DNA of 63,887 nucleotides, filler included, from Basidiobolus ranarum (taxonomy: Eukaryota): NCBI GenBank assembly GCA_040143965.1. It is 5 parts of 5 records of this genome, joined end to end, with 100 filler letters (N's around TTAATTAATTAA, not from the genome) between each part and the next. Parts side by side here need not be neighbours in the genome. Positions count along the whole stretch, not along the records: positions 1 to 12,731 come from JASJQH010007400.1; positions 12,832 to 25,546 come from JASJQH010007401.1; 3 more parts are not named here. One strand, given 5' to 3'. Of this stretch, positions 1-13,969 are shown piece after piece (position 1 is the stretch's first letter; every line of letters starts with the position of its first letter). The notes below the pieces were generated by a model that saw only the letters and a list, made by a program, of their open reading frames with translations, was not told where the DNA came from and did not search any database. Made by a program: the position numbers and the translations under genes.

Positions 1-466
1 CTGGGACGAACTTGAACAAAAAAAATGCATCCCCCCATTTGCCCCTAGTGTAAATATTGATATATAATGGCTCACCTCTTATGCACTTAATAATTACCTT
101 TTACAAAAGCAAAAACAATCCAACTTCGATATAGCATATGATTTGGAGGAGCTATTACTTGAGCAAAACCCACTGGAAGTTCGACCACGTAAGCGCACTC
201 AGAAACTACAGGCATCGTTAGGCAAAGAGATGGAACGAATTGAGAAAGAGTTCAAAAATTTTGATTATCTCCTGTACGAGCGGTACCCAGGCTATATAGA
301 TCCATTGAGAATGTGTGTCGGAGACCCACCAGAATGGGTCAAATGTGTAGACTTTAAGCCAATTCTGGATGAATGTCGTGGTACTAAGAGTTTAGAAGTT
401 GTTGACTCGGACAATGAGTATGATATTGGTATTTATGATATTCGTAGAAGAACAATGGACGTGTGA
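1..466 (+). CDS. 3' end of an AGC-family Ser/Thr kinase (YANK/STK32-like), 5'-truncated
   Basis: Exon 2-49 (WDELEQKKCIPPFAPS), GT-AG intron 50-109, exon 110-466 (QKQSNFDIAYDLEELLLEQNPL...). The PPFxP...NFDxxYDLEELLLExxPL tail is typical of fungal YANK kinases. Confidence 0.75.
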
Positions 467-1505
467 ATGTTGGTTATTGCTTTATCATGATAAAGTAATT
501 GGACTTTATTATTATCTATTTTGTAATTAATCTCTAGAACTTACAATGATAGCATTGTTTTGATTTCTCACGTCGTTATACGTCTGGCCTCAAATTTGTT
601 AGATTTACATTGTTTTTTTAACCTTACTCTTTTTTCATTTTGTAATTTGCCTATAAACTACTATATCTTTGCATAGGTTTTTTTCCTTCTACTATGTATT
701 CTATCTACATTTTATCAGTTGAACGGATTTCAAAATGTTGCTTATCCCACCTGATATATATTCGCAATTTTTATTTACTTTATTTATTTACGCAATTTTT
801 ATTTGCTATTCATTACTTGATAAATGCTCTTACTCTGAATGTCTATTTTCATCCTTTTGGTATACAAGATAATCTGGAATCGTATTGCCATCATACCATT
901 TACCTTCGTATCCTAATGAGAGAACGCGTGACTTGACTCTACTTAATAGGTTACATACTTATGCACCATCATTTTTGGGACTTATGGTCGATGAGGCTCG
1001 TATGTATCTACAGGAAGGATTGTACAAGTGTGGTTACAATTTCTTTCGACCTGTTTGCATCTGAAGAAAGTCGACGCACTTAGCTAGCGTAAAACTACAT
1101 GTATTTCTCTAATTCTGACAAGCATGCTGATTTGTAAATCTTTGGACTAGGTGAGGCTCCAAAAAGTATTTACATTTATGTTCAAGACACTCTACGATAG
1201 AATATCACTGTAATGCATATCGCCCTCCTGGTAGTTCTGATTCGTACTCGTATTCGGAAAATTCAGCATCCACGAAAAGTCCAACAGTAGGTTGTCTTCC
1301 TCGACATACCGTCGGACTATAATTACAATAAAATGAACTATGTACACATAGACTATCGAAGGATACCATAGCGTTCTATAGTTTTGAATTTGACCGGTTT
1401 ATTACATTGATTTAGTCAACGAGAAATAAGAATACATAGAATTGCATCTAATAAAGATTGGAAATGATAGGATAAATTGGGTAGGTGCCAAAATGAGTGC
1501 ACAAA

Positions 1506-4500
1506 TTATACGTAAAACTTCTTATTAATTAAAAATATCAGTAAATTGACATTGACTTTCACATTTCCGTCGAAAAGGCTGATAACGTTGACATTGTTGA
1601 ATTGGTATTGTAGCAATTCATCCAAACGAACTTCAGATTCTTCGACACGAGCACCCATAAGTGAAACCACAACTTGGAAGACACCAGCTTCATCAGATGA
1701 AATGATAATGGTGATTTTATCATATTGCTTAGGTGAGAATTGACGAACTTCCAGGAGAACCCCTTTTTGATGTAAGCGTTCGGCGGTATACTTGTATGAG
1801 CCAAACTTAGGAACTTTGCCAGAGCGCTGGAGATCCTTGATGTGGAAGTATTGCCGTGTGAATGGAAAGACGCGGGGCTTCTTCCCTTTCTTTTGTGTGA
1901 TTTGCGCCATACAAGCATTGATATAATCGAGATACGTTTGCTTCTGCTCCTCTAAATAGTTGGTTTTGTCAGCCAAATTGAGTAAAGTTTGACGAATGCG
2001 TCTTAACTCCTGTCTACGCTGTACACGTCGACGATGCTTGTTTCGGATATCAGTAGCTATACTGTTGAGGACAGCTTGGTATCCATCGCTAGAGTCAACT
2101 TTACCATATTCTTCCAGGACGGTTAAATTCTCCAAAGTAGCCAACTTCAGTTCTCCAAAATCAACGTTCTCCAGATTGAGGCTTCCTTTGGCAATGGTAT
2201 TTTTGGCCTTTTCTTTGGTAATAAGATCGTGGAATTTGATCGCTTCATTACCAGTCACTGGTTTTTCGAGAATCTCCAACAGATTCCTTCCTGATTGAAT
2301 ACGAATGATATAGAGTATGTAGCGCTTGGTCTCGACGAAAAGTTGTTTAACCTCGGATTCATCATCGGCGAGATCAGCAAATCGATTGGACAATGTCAGT
2401 GACAGTTCCTTATCGCGTGTGGTATCTTTTAGCGAAGGTGCCCGTCCCAAGTCGTCCACTATAACTCGTAGTGGGTCATCAGTCTCAGGAGCCAGAATAT
2501 CAATATTGTCTTCAATCAATGCATGCACCGAGAAGACCTCACTTGTATTGATATAAATAACAGGCTTCTGACGGTTTGCCAAATCCAGGAACTCATCGAT
2601 TTGGAAATATGTTTCTGGATCGTCAACTACCGTCACATTGTAAGAGTACTGCGCGAAACTCTCGGAGGTAAATTTGATAAAGCTGTCTAGCGGCTTTAGC
2701 CCGATGTTTTCATTTGAAAAGGGCTTTCCAACCGAAACCTGATTGAGCATCTTCGCAATCTCGGCAAGATTCTTACGTTGCATAGGATTAATGGGCGTCT
2801 CAATAACATCAAAGCTATCAGGAGCAATGATGGCAGGATTGATATAACGATAGTACACCAAGTGACCAACAACTTTAAGTACGTTGTTTTCTTGCTCCTG
2901 GGGAAGTTTTTGCATCAAAGCATCTCTCAGTTCGCGTGCAATGTAACGAATTCCGTAAGGCATTCTATCCAGAGAAGAATGGATTTCATTAACGAAACGA
3001 GTTGTAATTGCAGTCAACTGTTTCAAGTGAGATACCAATGTGTTTCGGGTATCAAGATCATCTAAAGCAGTATCCAAGCTAACATCATATGGTCTTTCAC
3101 TTCGTTGACCTGTTCTTGACTCTTCTTCTCTGATCAATTTTCTATATATCGAAACAGGATCAGTTTCCAGATCCATGGTAGGGTCTTCAATAATCTGTTT
3201 AACAAGGGGCTGAAGAAGCTCCCGAAGATATTTGCGTTCTTTTGCACCACGATTATAATGAACAGCAAGTTTGATGAATACAGGATTCCCACGTAAAAAG
3301 TCCTGGACATTGGCAACGTTAGAAATTTCGACTTCAATAGCCGCTTTGAATAATTTTAGAAGTAGATATTCCTCTCTTTCGTTCTGAGCAAAACCGAACA
3401 AAGTAAGAACAACCGTTTCTACGAACTTCTTGGCATGATCACCCATCATGTTTTGATTCATAACAAACAGCAGGCGAGCAAGATAAACAGGCTGAGTCTG
3501 TAGTAAATAAAAGAGATGTTGATAACACTCCAATCGACGTCTGCTATCCTTGTCGAGACTCTTCAACGATGCAGATGCATGAGCCGAATGGAAATCATCC
3601 CCTACTTTATACTGACGTCTAGAAACTTTGATAACTTCTTCGAGCGAAATACGATTTTTCACTAGAAGTGCAATCTTGATATCCAGTTCATTCAGTAAAG
3701 TCTCTAACTCGTTATTTTCTCGAATGGTCAATACAGCTCTTTGCCTGAGTACTTCTAAGTCTATATACAGGAATGGAAATAATTTAATGTGATTGAATTT
3801 CGAAATGTTTAGAACTATCCTTACCCATCTCTTCTTGAAAATCTTTCTCACTATCATCGACCAGGTGCAGGAAGTTACGCATCGTTGTAACAGGTGGATT
3901 CTCCTCGGAGGCTACATATTTTAGTAAAAACGCTTTCTTAGCAAGACTGCAAAGGTCAATCAAATTAAATTAATGAATTACTTAGTTCATGATAAGCTTT
4001 TTGGGCCATCTTCGCTCGGAATATACTTTGTACTTTAATGACCTTATCGATGTTAGCAGAATAATGCTGCACTTTTTCTGGCTTCAAATATTTCATTATG
4101 TATCCCTTTGTAAGTGCTTGGCCTTTGATGACTTGCTCTTCGTGCTCCTGATAATGCTGTAACTCCTGCTGTGTCATTTGCTCCAACAAGTAACCTTTAG
4201 CAACAGCTTGACCTTGAAGCATCATTTCTTCGTGGTTCGCATAATGCTCCAAAACATCATGTACGTTTTGATGTGAGATCACATTGCGGTCTAGAGTTGG
4301 TATGTTGCCCATTCGTTGAGCAATAAAGTCTGGATCGTTTCTCATTGCCGTGAGATTCTTACGTGTTAGATACCCTCTAACAAATGCTTGAGCTTGAACG
4401 ACTTTATCCTCTTCAATATGATAGTACTCCAAGATGGCTCGTACTTTTTGACGAGCCAACACACCACGGATGATAGCTTGTGCTTTGATCAATTTATCTT

Positions 4501-6272
4501 CATGAGCTTTATAGTGAGAATGCTGATCTTCGATTTGCTTGCGAACCAAATAGCCACGAGCAAGAGCCTGCGCGTATACAATCTCAGCCTTTCTCTCTTC
4601 ATAATAGCATTGCTCTTGCTTTACTTGGTGACGAGTTAAATAACCACGAACAACAGCCTGTGCCTGCACAATTTTATGTTGGTTCTGTTCGTAATAGCAT
4701 TTATCCTGCTTTATATGATGTCGAGTCAAATAGCCACGAACGATGGCTTGAGCCCGGGAAACATCATGTTCATGGACTTGGTAATATTCCTGTCGCTCCT
4801 TGATCTGCTTTCGGGATAAATAACCTCTGGCTAAATTTTGAAGCTAGTCAAAAGGATTAATATTTAATATATTTGTGGATACTAGAATTGACTGGGTAAC
4901 ATACCTTGATAATACTACCCTCGGCATTTTTGATCGCAGTAAGCTTATTATAAAGAAGCTTCCTTGCGATGACTCCACGTGCCTGTGACTGAATCTTTAT
5001 AGCTGACTCGGTATGTTCGTGATAGATAGCACGGTGTTCCTTGTAAGAACGCCGCGCTAGATAACCTCTTGCGATTGCTTGGCACTTCTGAACTGATATC
5101 TCTCGAGTTTTCCAGTAAGTGGCTTTTTCTAATACGATTTGATAGACTTAGTACCAAATTTTGAATGTTAATGTACAATTATCATCAATTCCATACCTTC
5201 TCTAATCGCCTGCTGGGGTTCAAGTTTTTGAAGTTCCTGAGTTAAAGCAATTTCAACATTTTTGAAAGCAGGCATGGAAACACCAGTTCTTTCTAACTCC
5301 TTCTTAGCTGTTTGCAGTTGCTCCTCTATGGTATCAATGTTAATAAGCGAGACGGGATAAATTCCATTTATATACTAAACATATCATACCTGAGAAATTA
5401 AGTTTACCAATTAGATCATTCACACTTGGGCCACGACTTTGATGAAAGAGTAAATGGCTGTATTCAATGATGTAAGTGTGTTGATCTTAAGAACAAAGGA
5501 AAGGAATAATAAGCATACCCCAGCGCATGTATACAATATATTACTTTAGGAAGGTTTTTCTTCTCGTACAAGTCGGTGAGCTCAAAATGAAAATTCTACC
5601 CAGATATGATATGAATATTAAATTTGACAAAAGATTAACATATACAAAGCTTGGTTTACCTCGGGTAAGCCAATTTTCTTAATTGCGGCAAAAAAGAAGT
5701 TGATATTATCGGAATGTCTATACTGTAGTTTAGGATCCTTGGTAATTGAAGAGAATATACGCAAGATGAATATAAGATAATCACTTCAACACATGAAATA
5801 TTATTACATCAAAAATTCGCTTCACGCAGGTTGGCTCGTAGACTTGAGCTAGTTTGGCAATAATGATCCCATTTCTTAGGCCTTCCTCCATCTGATCAAT
5901 AGGTGGTATTTCTCGTTTGATACATGTTTCGATCCACCTAATTGGATTACACATTTAGTCGAATCTTTAAAAGGCCAAGTTCACATAATAACATACTCTT
6001 TTGCTTCACCAATGTGACACAAATACTCGTACACTTGAAGATTACGTCTCTCTACCTCTATCCAAGCGGCATTTCTGCGCGCTCGAAAAGAGTCACTATC
6101 AATGGTTAAATTCTTTAGAAGTCTAACTCTTCCTCTTAGACCTATGAGAAACAAGATGAGGGTCAAAATCAAGTGAAACCAAGCACACAAATACAATTGG
6201 GTAACACCTACCAACAACATCTTCATGGTCCGAAGGAATTAGCGTCCCGGGATTGGTAGTTTGAATAGTCAT
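1506..6272 (-). CDS. IQG1: IQGAP / Ras-GAP-like actin-ring protein (CH domain, IQ repeats, RasGAP, RasGAP_C), multi-exon
   Basis: N-terminal exons YEYLCHIGEAKE|WIETC...LRNGIIIAKLA (CH domain), IQ repeats at about 3990-4850, and a large terminal exon with YQHLFYLLQTQPVYLARL, YYRYINPAIIAPD, RKNLAEIAK and VNVNLLIFLINKKFY*. Probable ATG at 6272; further upstream exons cannot be excluded. Confidence 0.93.
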
Positions 6273-7511
6273 CCTACTTCATAGGACAGGGATATTGACT
6301 CTTAAAAATATCTACAAGTACTTTAGAAAAAGCACCGAAGTTCTATCTAAGTTCTATGTTACAGGAACGGAAAAGACAGCGAAGATAAAACCGTAAAGAA
6401 AATTCGGCAGTAACAAAGAGAGAAGTAGACAATAAATATGCAAGTGAGGTTGAAAATATCGTTATCCACTCTGGCAACTACTAGATAGCTGTGTTAGGGG
6501 TAATAAGATAATGATTGGCTATATAGAAAATATCAAAAACAAACCATTGAATTCAATGAACCTAATTTACTCGTGCTCACCCAAGATCAAAACATCATAA
6601 ATAGCCACTAGATGAAATATCTATTTCTCAGATTTATTTAATGTCTGCGCTCCGAAGATGCTTCTGAAAGTATGAACAAAAAACATGGTAAACATTGTGA
6701 GTCTCCAAGTGGCACTTGGTATACTCAAGAGGTAGATGTAGGAGCTTGGTTACCGACCATTCAGGATTGCCCTTTTGACTTACATGATTCTCAGGTAGGC
6801 TTATGCACAATCATGCAATCAAGTTATATGAATAGGGATCACATCCTATCGAGCTTAATACTAGCACAATAGAGTTCAATTTTGATTGACCAATAGCATA
6901 GCGCAATCAAATGTACTCTAATGATGTGCATTATATCCTAGGCGAATTTCACTCAAATGCACTTACAATTTGATCGCTGTGAGATGATTTGTACTACCAA
7001 GGGTTATTATGATTTAGTTTACTCGTTAATAGGAAATAAGAATTAAACCTTAATTGAGTAATATTGTGGAAGCTACAAAGGCTCAAAAACTGCTGGGGGC
7101 TTGGGTAGTTCGGTATGAACATTTATGGCGTTGGTAGGCTAACTTTAGGGTATACAACTCAGCAGTTACCGATGAGTAGAACCTATAAATTGGTCACCAT
7201 CATAGTCATGTAAATAAGGATTGCATACAACCGGATGACCCATCCCCTATTACTTGTCTCTTGCCTCTACTGTGAGGACTGACCTTAGCCATAGCGACTT
7301 GATGGTAACAACCGGCAATCAAACACCGACTTACAGTAAACATAATTACGAATGGATTGAGTTGGAGTTGGAGAATCAAATTTATCTGGGTATTTACTAA
7401 TATTGACTTGAGTGTTATTAAACAGGAGTGTATGTACTATTAACATCGAGGAGGGGGTGGGCAGAGGGAATAGAGCTGGTGCCTAGAACTCAACAACATA
7501 ACTATGGCACT

Positions 7512-9056
7512 TTAGCTGACAAATACAGGGAGGGCAATGTTTTTCAATGTGGGATGCTCGGTTAAATCCTTGAGAGATTTTCCGGTTATCATCAACTCGG
7601 AAGCATTCAGGTATTTCAATCTGGGACAATTGCCCATCACTGATTGGATAATTAAATCTCCACTCGTAGGCGTATTTCCAATGGGTTCACCCAAGGCAAC
7701 ATACTCTAATTGTGGCGTATTCTCAATAAACTGACACATCTCAGCTGGGGGAAAGGTCATCTTCTGTATATCTAAATGCTTCAAGTTCTTTGCATATCGG
7801 ACAAGGCTATGAACTGCTTCCACATCTAGGACCTCGACGCCAATTTGGCTAATGACTAGTTTACGTAAATTGGACCCAGCTATCTCAATGATTTTGCGTA
7901 CAGCAAGACTGCTCACATTAGGTAGTTTACGAAGATGCAATTCCCTCAGATTCTTGCACGCCTGGAGGATGGCAAAAAACTCCCGATCATTTAGATTGAA
8001 ACAATCGTGGAATTTGAGGGATTTGAGACTGCTGAATTGCCCAATTTTCTCTAACCCACTATTACTAGGAATATAGTCGACTATGTGAAGTTCTCGAAGG
8101 CTATGCTGATGATGAGTCAGAAGCGCATCAATTGTCTTCGTTAATGGTTTGTGCGCACCCTCAATATGTAGAGATTTAAGCGAGCCAGGTTCTTGCATGG
8201 ATATAAGGTCGGCAATGTCATTATCATCTATCTTTTCTACCCAAGGATCGAGGTGCAGGCGGAGTCTTCTAAGGTTGCGAGTGGATTGGAATAGAGTTTT
8301 GAAGTTGATATCTTGTGTGCATGGCGAACCTGTAGGATCGTATTTCCAGCGTAATTCCAATTCTCGAAGGCCTGATAACGATATCTTGCCAAGAAAGATA
8401 TCTTCCAGAGGAATTATACCCTTCCATACAAATTTCCGAATGGTATTGAGGTTTCTATTTCTGAACACGGACCACAACTGTTGTGTGATTTTTTGGTCTA
8501 CTAGTGCTTCCTCCATCGTGTAGTCGTAACACCATAATGGATTCGGATTTGCGTTGACAAAGCGTAAAGATTCCTGCAGTTTGACCAAGTTAACAGCACG
8601 AGCCAAGCTAAGATATGGATATAGTGGTTTATGCTCGTCATAGCTAGAGTCGCTGTATGTGGCTATGGATTTCTTGGACTGATCTGTGTGTTCATTAGAT
8701 ATAGTACTGATTTGTACCATAAGCCGCTGTAGAAATAAATAAACCTTGGTAAGGTAATCTACAGGAGGTATACATATTGCGTCGATTTTTGAAATACGTA
8801 ATCTCTCTTCAGTATTGAATACGTTAGGATCAGCACAGCTCAAGTGAGTGCGAAGTAGCATAGCAATTCGAAGTTTTGATTCTTGATCACAGGTAATGTC
8901 ATGAGGGACTAAACTCCAAGGGTCTCTGTAAAGGTGAGATACTCCTACCAAGGACCAACCACGCGACACCAGACTGGCATTGTATAAGGTAGTATAGTCG
9001 TCGTCTATCCAACGAAATATCCCAGGTAAGCAGTCAATTGGTAACCCTGAATTCAT
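7512..9056 (-). CDS. F-box / RNI-like leucine-rich repeat protein
   Basis: Intronless 514 aa ORF with an N-terminal F-box-like motif (LPIDCLPGIF...LYNASLVSRGW...LYRDP) and C-terminal LRRs (LKSLKFHDC, CKNLRELHL, CPRLKYLNA). Confidence 0.85.
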   Translation of the reverse strand: MNSGLPIDCLPGIFRWIDDDYTTLYNASLVSRGWSLVGVSHLYRDPWSLVPHDITCDQESKLRIAMLLRTHLSCADPNVFNTEERLRISKIDAICIPPVDYLTKVYLFLQRLMVQISTISNEHTDQSKKSIATYSDSSYDEHKPLYPYLSLARAVNLVKLQESLRFVNANPNPLWCYDYTMEEALVDQKITQQLWSVFRNRNLNTIRKFVWKGIIPLEDIFLGKISLSGLRELELRWKYDPTGSPCTQDINFKTLFQSTRNLRRLRLHLDPWVEKIDDNDIADLISMQEPGSLKSLHIEGAHKPLTKTIDALLTHHQHSLRELHIVDYIPSNSGLEKIGQFSSLKSLKFHDCFNLNDREFFAILQACKNLRELHLRKLPNVSSLAVRKIIEIAGSNLRKLVISQIGVEVLDVEAVHSLVRYAKNLKHLDIQKMTFPPAEMCQFIENTPQLEYVALGEPIGNTPTSGDLIIQSVMGNCPRLKYLNASELMITGKSLKDLTEHPTLKNIALPVFVS

Positions 9057-12000
9057 ATTTACTACAGCTTATTATTTAACAACCCCAAAGTATGAACGAA
9101 GACTATTAGCGAAGTATATACGATAGTGAGAACGCAATATAGAGCGGGACAAAGTAGCGTAGACAGCCGGTAATTGAAAGGTTTCGGCAAAGTAACAAAC
9201 GATTGACAATAGATACAAGTAAAGAACTCTATAATGTACAAGTGTCCTAGAAAAAACAAGTTGACTAATGTATCCAAGGAAGGGGTTTGTTCCAATTGAT
9301 AAAATAAGGAAAGTTGATTGGGACTGCAAGTTATATTTATACGAATGTCGAGGAGTGAAGTCGGATAAATGGAAGATGAGATTGAATAATTAGTCAGAAT
9401 GGTAGGTATCAGAAAATCACCGAAAATATGTTAATCAAAGATACTAAATACTCTGGAAAATGACATAATACATGTAACACATGTGTGAACCTACTGATCA
9501 TTGTTCGTATTATTAACGGATCCTGTTTGTGCGACAGGATTACCCCCGCCACAGGAGCGTTGTTCCGATCGATATTTGATTCAATCCTCTGCGGAATGCG
9601 ATAATTTCTCAACTGCGGATCTTTGTATCACTTACGCAGGGATTGGGGATCTTCGCGACTTTGAAATATCTCGTATTATATATCAATCGTCGATAATAAA
9701 GTTCTCCAAGTTATATCACCGGCTCTAGTGGTACTTCAACACATGTGCATCATACTATAAGGGATAAATTGAAGTCCGAGAGTTTTCCTATTTCCCCTGT
9801 TCACATGTTTTCCCTTTACAAGTAGCAGAAGGTTGGAGCACATTTCTCTTTGAGAGTATTAATACGCTTGCAACTCTAGCACTCACCTTTTCTACAACCA
9901 AGGCATGTATTATAGACAAGTCTAGAGCAACTCGAGTCACACCAAGGAACTTTGCCTTGTTGTTGTATGCTAAGGCAGATGGAAAAACTATTATATCGGA
10001 AATTTTCCGCGGATTCCGTCTCTTACTTTATCCAGCTAGTTAGTATAGTTTATCCGCCTCAATTTGTTTGTAAAATATCTCCAAACGCGTCAGATTACAA
10101 GAGCGTATTACAAACCGGTGTTTTATTCCTTCAAGGATATCGAGCATGTCTCCACTGTCTAAATCGAGTGGTTAGATGCTATAATAAGAATGCCAGTATT
10201 TGCTCATCCGGTGCAGTCAAATAGTGTACTTGCTCACAATATTACATATAGTGTTATGTCAAGGTGTTGTATGTGGGCACCTTCTGCAAACTGGATAAGG
10301 CATGCAGCCCAAATATTTCCAATCATCCTGGTTAGTCGACGTGTGTAATTGCCTATTAGACAACATAATAATAATTGGGGCATTGTAATCATTTTTACTT
10401 ACATCAATAATGTACACTGCACGTGCTGGGAAGGAAGTAATCCGATCCTTGCAACACCATAAATGGCCTACAATATGAAGTCATAATATGATGGTTTCAT
10501 ATATCGGTTTTGGATTTTCAAACAATGGTGATTGAGCAACGTTAAAATGGGTCATGAGTTAACCTTTCTTAGAGCAGAATACAGCGAGTGAAACTCTACC
10601 ACAATATGGCTAGTGGAATTTCTCACTAGCGCTTGACAAAAATTGATGGGAAAATGAAGTCGATCAGTATTGACTCAAATGCGATGAATTAAGAGACATA
10701 CTTAGTGAGTTGTTAATCATCGAGAATAGCTTTAACCTCGAAAACAGTGAACAAAGTGGATACCCTCGTCTCATCGAAGAAAGCTTCGTTCGCTTAAAAA
10801 ATCGATCCTCAAGTTTTCATCTTTCTGATCACCAACAGTGACTCATAGCAGTTGCATTTACAGTTTAAAACATCTCTGCAGAGTTACAAGGAGGGTAGAT
10901 CTATCAAGAACTAAAGTCTTGGTGCAGAGTGTGAGTGGACTTGTTCTGGAAATCGCCCATAGTCAAGGGGCCATACTTAGTTGATCCGAGTTGCAGTGAT
11001 CTAGACGGTATAATTTCTCTTGGCCTTACCAAGCTGGGTAAAAATGGTTGGTTAAGATTGAAATACGAGATCAGGTATGATACGTAAGGTTCGGGAAAGG
11101 TCTGCGATGATAGAGGCTTGGTTTTGGAAAGGTTCTACTCGAGATATTTCAATCCAAGATTAAGCCCAGCTATGAGACCAAAAAGGGGCCTGGTTTGACA
11201 ATAGTTTAGTTGGTTTTTCCAAAGGTTTAAGAGGCGGGGTTTACAAATTTAGCTTCGGTTCCAGAAGCGAAAAAATATTTCCAGAAACCTAGGTTGGGTG
11301 TAGTCATGTTGACGTAATTTACAATACTGGAATCTGATCTCATTTTGCACATATATCTAATATTATATTGATTCATAGTACAGCCCACGCATTATTAGTG
11401 GTCATTTCAGCTCATATGCTCTTAGGGAACTCGCACTGTGGTAATACTATTGTGCCATCCATTTACCAGAGCAACCACAGCACTGGAGACTCCAAAGGAT
11501 TCGCAACAAACAACAGCACAAGTGAGGAGGAGCTTAATGTATTATCTTACCTTTATTCCTGCCCAACCTTTCTCTGATAAAGAGCACTTAGTGGTCTGCC
11601 CTGTATGCTTCTTAAGAATAGCAGACTATCCCTTATCGTTATGGTTAAACAAAGAGTAAACTAATTAATTAGTTCAGTAGCAATTTTAATTATTGCTGAA
11701 AATCCGTACGTAGCCAGATTCGGTTTGGGTTTGGTTAAAAGCGGATATTTTAGCTGATTGGAATTAACCTTACATTGACTTGAGTTTTACTTCTATACCT
11801 GTTTAATGTTGAACAGAAATAATGACAGTATTTATAGCTTGCAATCAAGATTACTCTCTCTATTGTTGTATCATAGTTCAGTATATTCATATACCATGCG
11901 TTGCATATTTAAGAACCATTATTAATATCAGGTGTAATGCTTTGGATATATTGCAAGTTTGAGTACTGACCAACACTCAACTATTGATTCTTATCTTCAA

Positions 12001-12622
12001 TCCTTGACATAGTCATCACAAAGGCATTTACTTAAGGTTAATGTTATAAATTATCTACTTCAACAATTTTCTGCAGATAGATATTTGAAAGTGCCTGACT
12101 ATGATATCTTCAATGTTAGAATTGTAATATTTCACCCCCATTGGACTAATGTTGAGAAGAGGCAAGGTTTTCATGCTAGTTCAATGTTCCCAATATCCAC
12201 TTCCTGAAACCTGGATTATATTCCAACAAGTTTACATCTCAACTGCCATTATGGCATACAAAAATATTTTTGTTATGTTGAGATCAAACTATTATACTAT
12301 GTCGATAAATCACAAATGACTAAAGTATATGCTGATGGCGCTTTGGTCATATCATTGTCTGAATACTTCTGAAATTCTCATTCAACTCTAATTCACTTCT
12401 CTATAGTGCTATGTCATAACTTCAGCTTTTTCAACAATTTGTGTACTTCATGTCAGTTGTTGTGGGGTTTTAATGTAAGTATCTTATTACTTGGTTATTT
12501 TGAAGTATTAAAGCTTGGCCACTAGCATTGGAAACCATAGTGAGATACAGATAGTGTTTGTGATAACCAAAAAATATAGATTATTTGCTAATATTGAATT
12601 GGCTCAAATTTCATGCCAAATC

Positions 12623-12731
12623 TGTTGAAATTAGCATTGCCTAAACACCTATATAGTCATATATAGCTTAGTACTTAGTTATCTTATAATTCACTAAGAT
12701 ATTATCAATTATTCTCAATCGGAATTTACTT
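12623..12731 (+). mobile_element. Copia-type LTR copy 1 (5' part, cut by contig end)
   Basis: Starts TGTTGAAATTAGCATTGCCTAAACACCTATATAGTCATATATAGCTTAG, shared with the other copies in the window. Confidence 0.8.
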
Positions 12732-12831
12732 NNNNNNNNNNNNNNNNNNNNNNNNNNNNNNNNNNNNNNNNNNNNTTAATTAATTAANNNNNNNNNNNNN
12801 NNNNNNNNNNNNNNNNNNNNNNNNNNNNNNN
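12732..12831. other. Artificial 100-nt contig linker (N44-TTAATTAATTAA-N44)
   Basis: N run containing a six-frame stop linker. The same linker is at 25547-25646, 38357-38456 and 51148-51247. Confidence 0.97.
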
Positions 12832-13969
12832 GAATGACAAAGATAATGGTAAGCATCATAAAACCCATTAATTGAATCTTGATACGACCCATACGTTCAA
12901 TGAGGAACACAGTGAACCAGTACCCAGGTACGGTTCCCATCAATGAGATGATCATGTTACCGATGGCCTCAGTCCACATGGCGTCATATGCTGACAATCC
13001 CTTGGAGGAGTAACCGATGGCTTGCAAGACGTATGATTGATTAAGAGAGAGACCATAGAACGCAATATCCAAGAAGAACCAAGAGAGGGAAGTACCCAGC
13101 AATACTTTGAGGTTCTTCCACTTGCCGAAGTGTTGGAGGAAAGTATCCTCGTTTTTAGCAGCAGCGGGTGTGACCTGTTCTAATTTATCGTTTTGAGATA
13201 GATCATCCATTTGTGTGCTCTTATCTTGTTCTCCCAACACGGCCTCAAGATCCTTAGCAGCTTGCTCAACATTACCCTTCACCTCCATTGTGTAACGAGG
13301 GGACTCGGGCATATTCAAACGGAACCATACAGTGAAGATGGCAGGGACACATCCGAACCCAAGCATCAATCTCCACACATAGTCAAGGTTAGCCTGATCT
13401 TCCCGAATAAGCGTTTGGAAACAGGCAAGAATCATCACAGTGAATAAGGCAGCAACAAGGATTCCAATACCCTGGGAAGCAAACACAGCAGAGATCATCA
13501 TACCACGACGTTTGGTGGATGCAAATTCGGAGGTAATGACCGCACTGACCGGGTAATCGCCACCGATACCGATACCAAGAATGAATCGCCAAAGCGCAAG
13601 TACTGCAATGACATTCACTCCTTTACCCCAGGACCCGGCAATAGCGCAACAGAATGTAGCAAAGATAATGATGATCAGTTCTGAACCGTACATCTTCTTA
13701 CGCCCGAGTTTGTCGCTAAGATATCCAAAAAGTAGTTGTCCGATCAATGTACCGAAGGCTGTAGCACCCTTCAATGGACCCTCGAATTGTTTAGGGACTT
13801 TATTATTGTTCTCAGCGTAGTAAACGTAACCCATCATAGGAACAGCCAGATTGATGATGAAAATGTCGTATGCATCAGTGAAGAAACCAATACCAGCAAC
13901 AATGATGGCACGTAAATGCCATCCTGTTAGCTTAGTGTCGTTAAGATTCGCAAGTTGATCTCCAGACAT
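12832..13969 (-). CDS. PHO84: High-affinity phosphate:H+ symporter (MFS), 3'-truncated by contig end
   Basis: GIGFFTDAYDIF, LGIGIGGDYPVSAVITSEFA, PESPRY, SWFFLDIAFYG and PGYWFTV are all Pho84/PHT1 signature motifs. Confidence 0.93.

Noticed and set aside
1546-4639. Antisense and alternative-frame ORFs over IQGAP (and similar ones over other genes)
   Set aside because: Shadow ORFs of real coding sequence with no independent features.
10940-11200. Possible second (gypsy-like) LTR ending in TTTGACA
   Set aside because: Single copy in the window, no TSD and no adjacent retroelement coding sequence.
12776-12787. TTAATTAATTAA palindromes as regulatory or recombination sites
   Set aside because: They always sit centred in N runs, so they are an artificial six-frame-stop linker.
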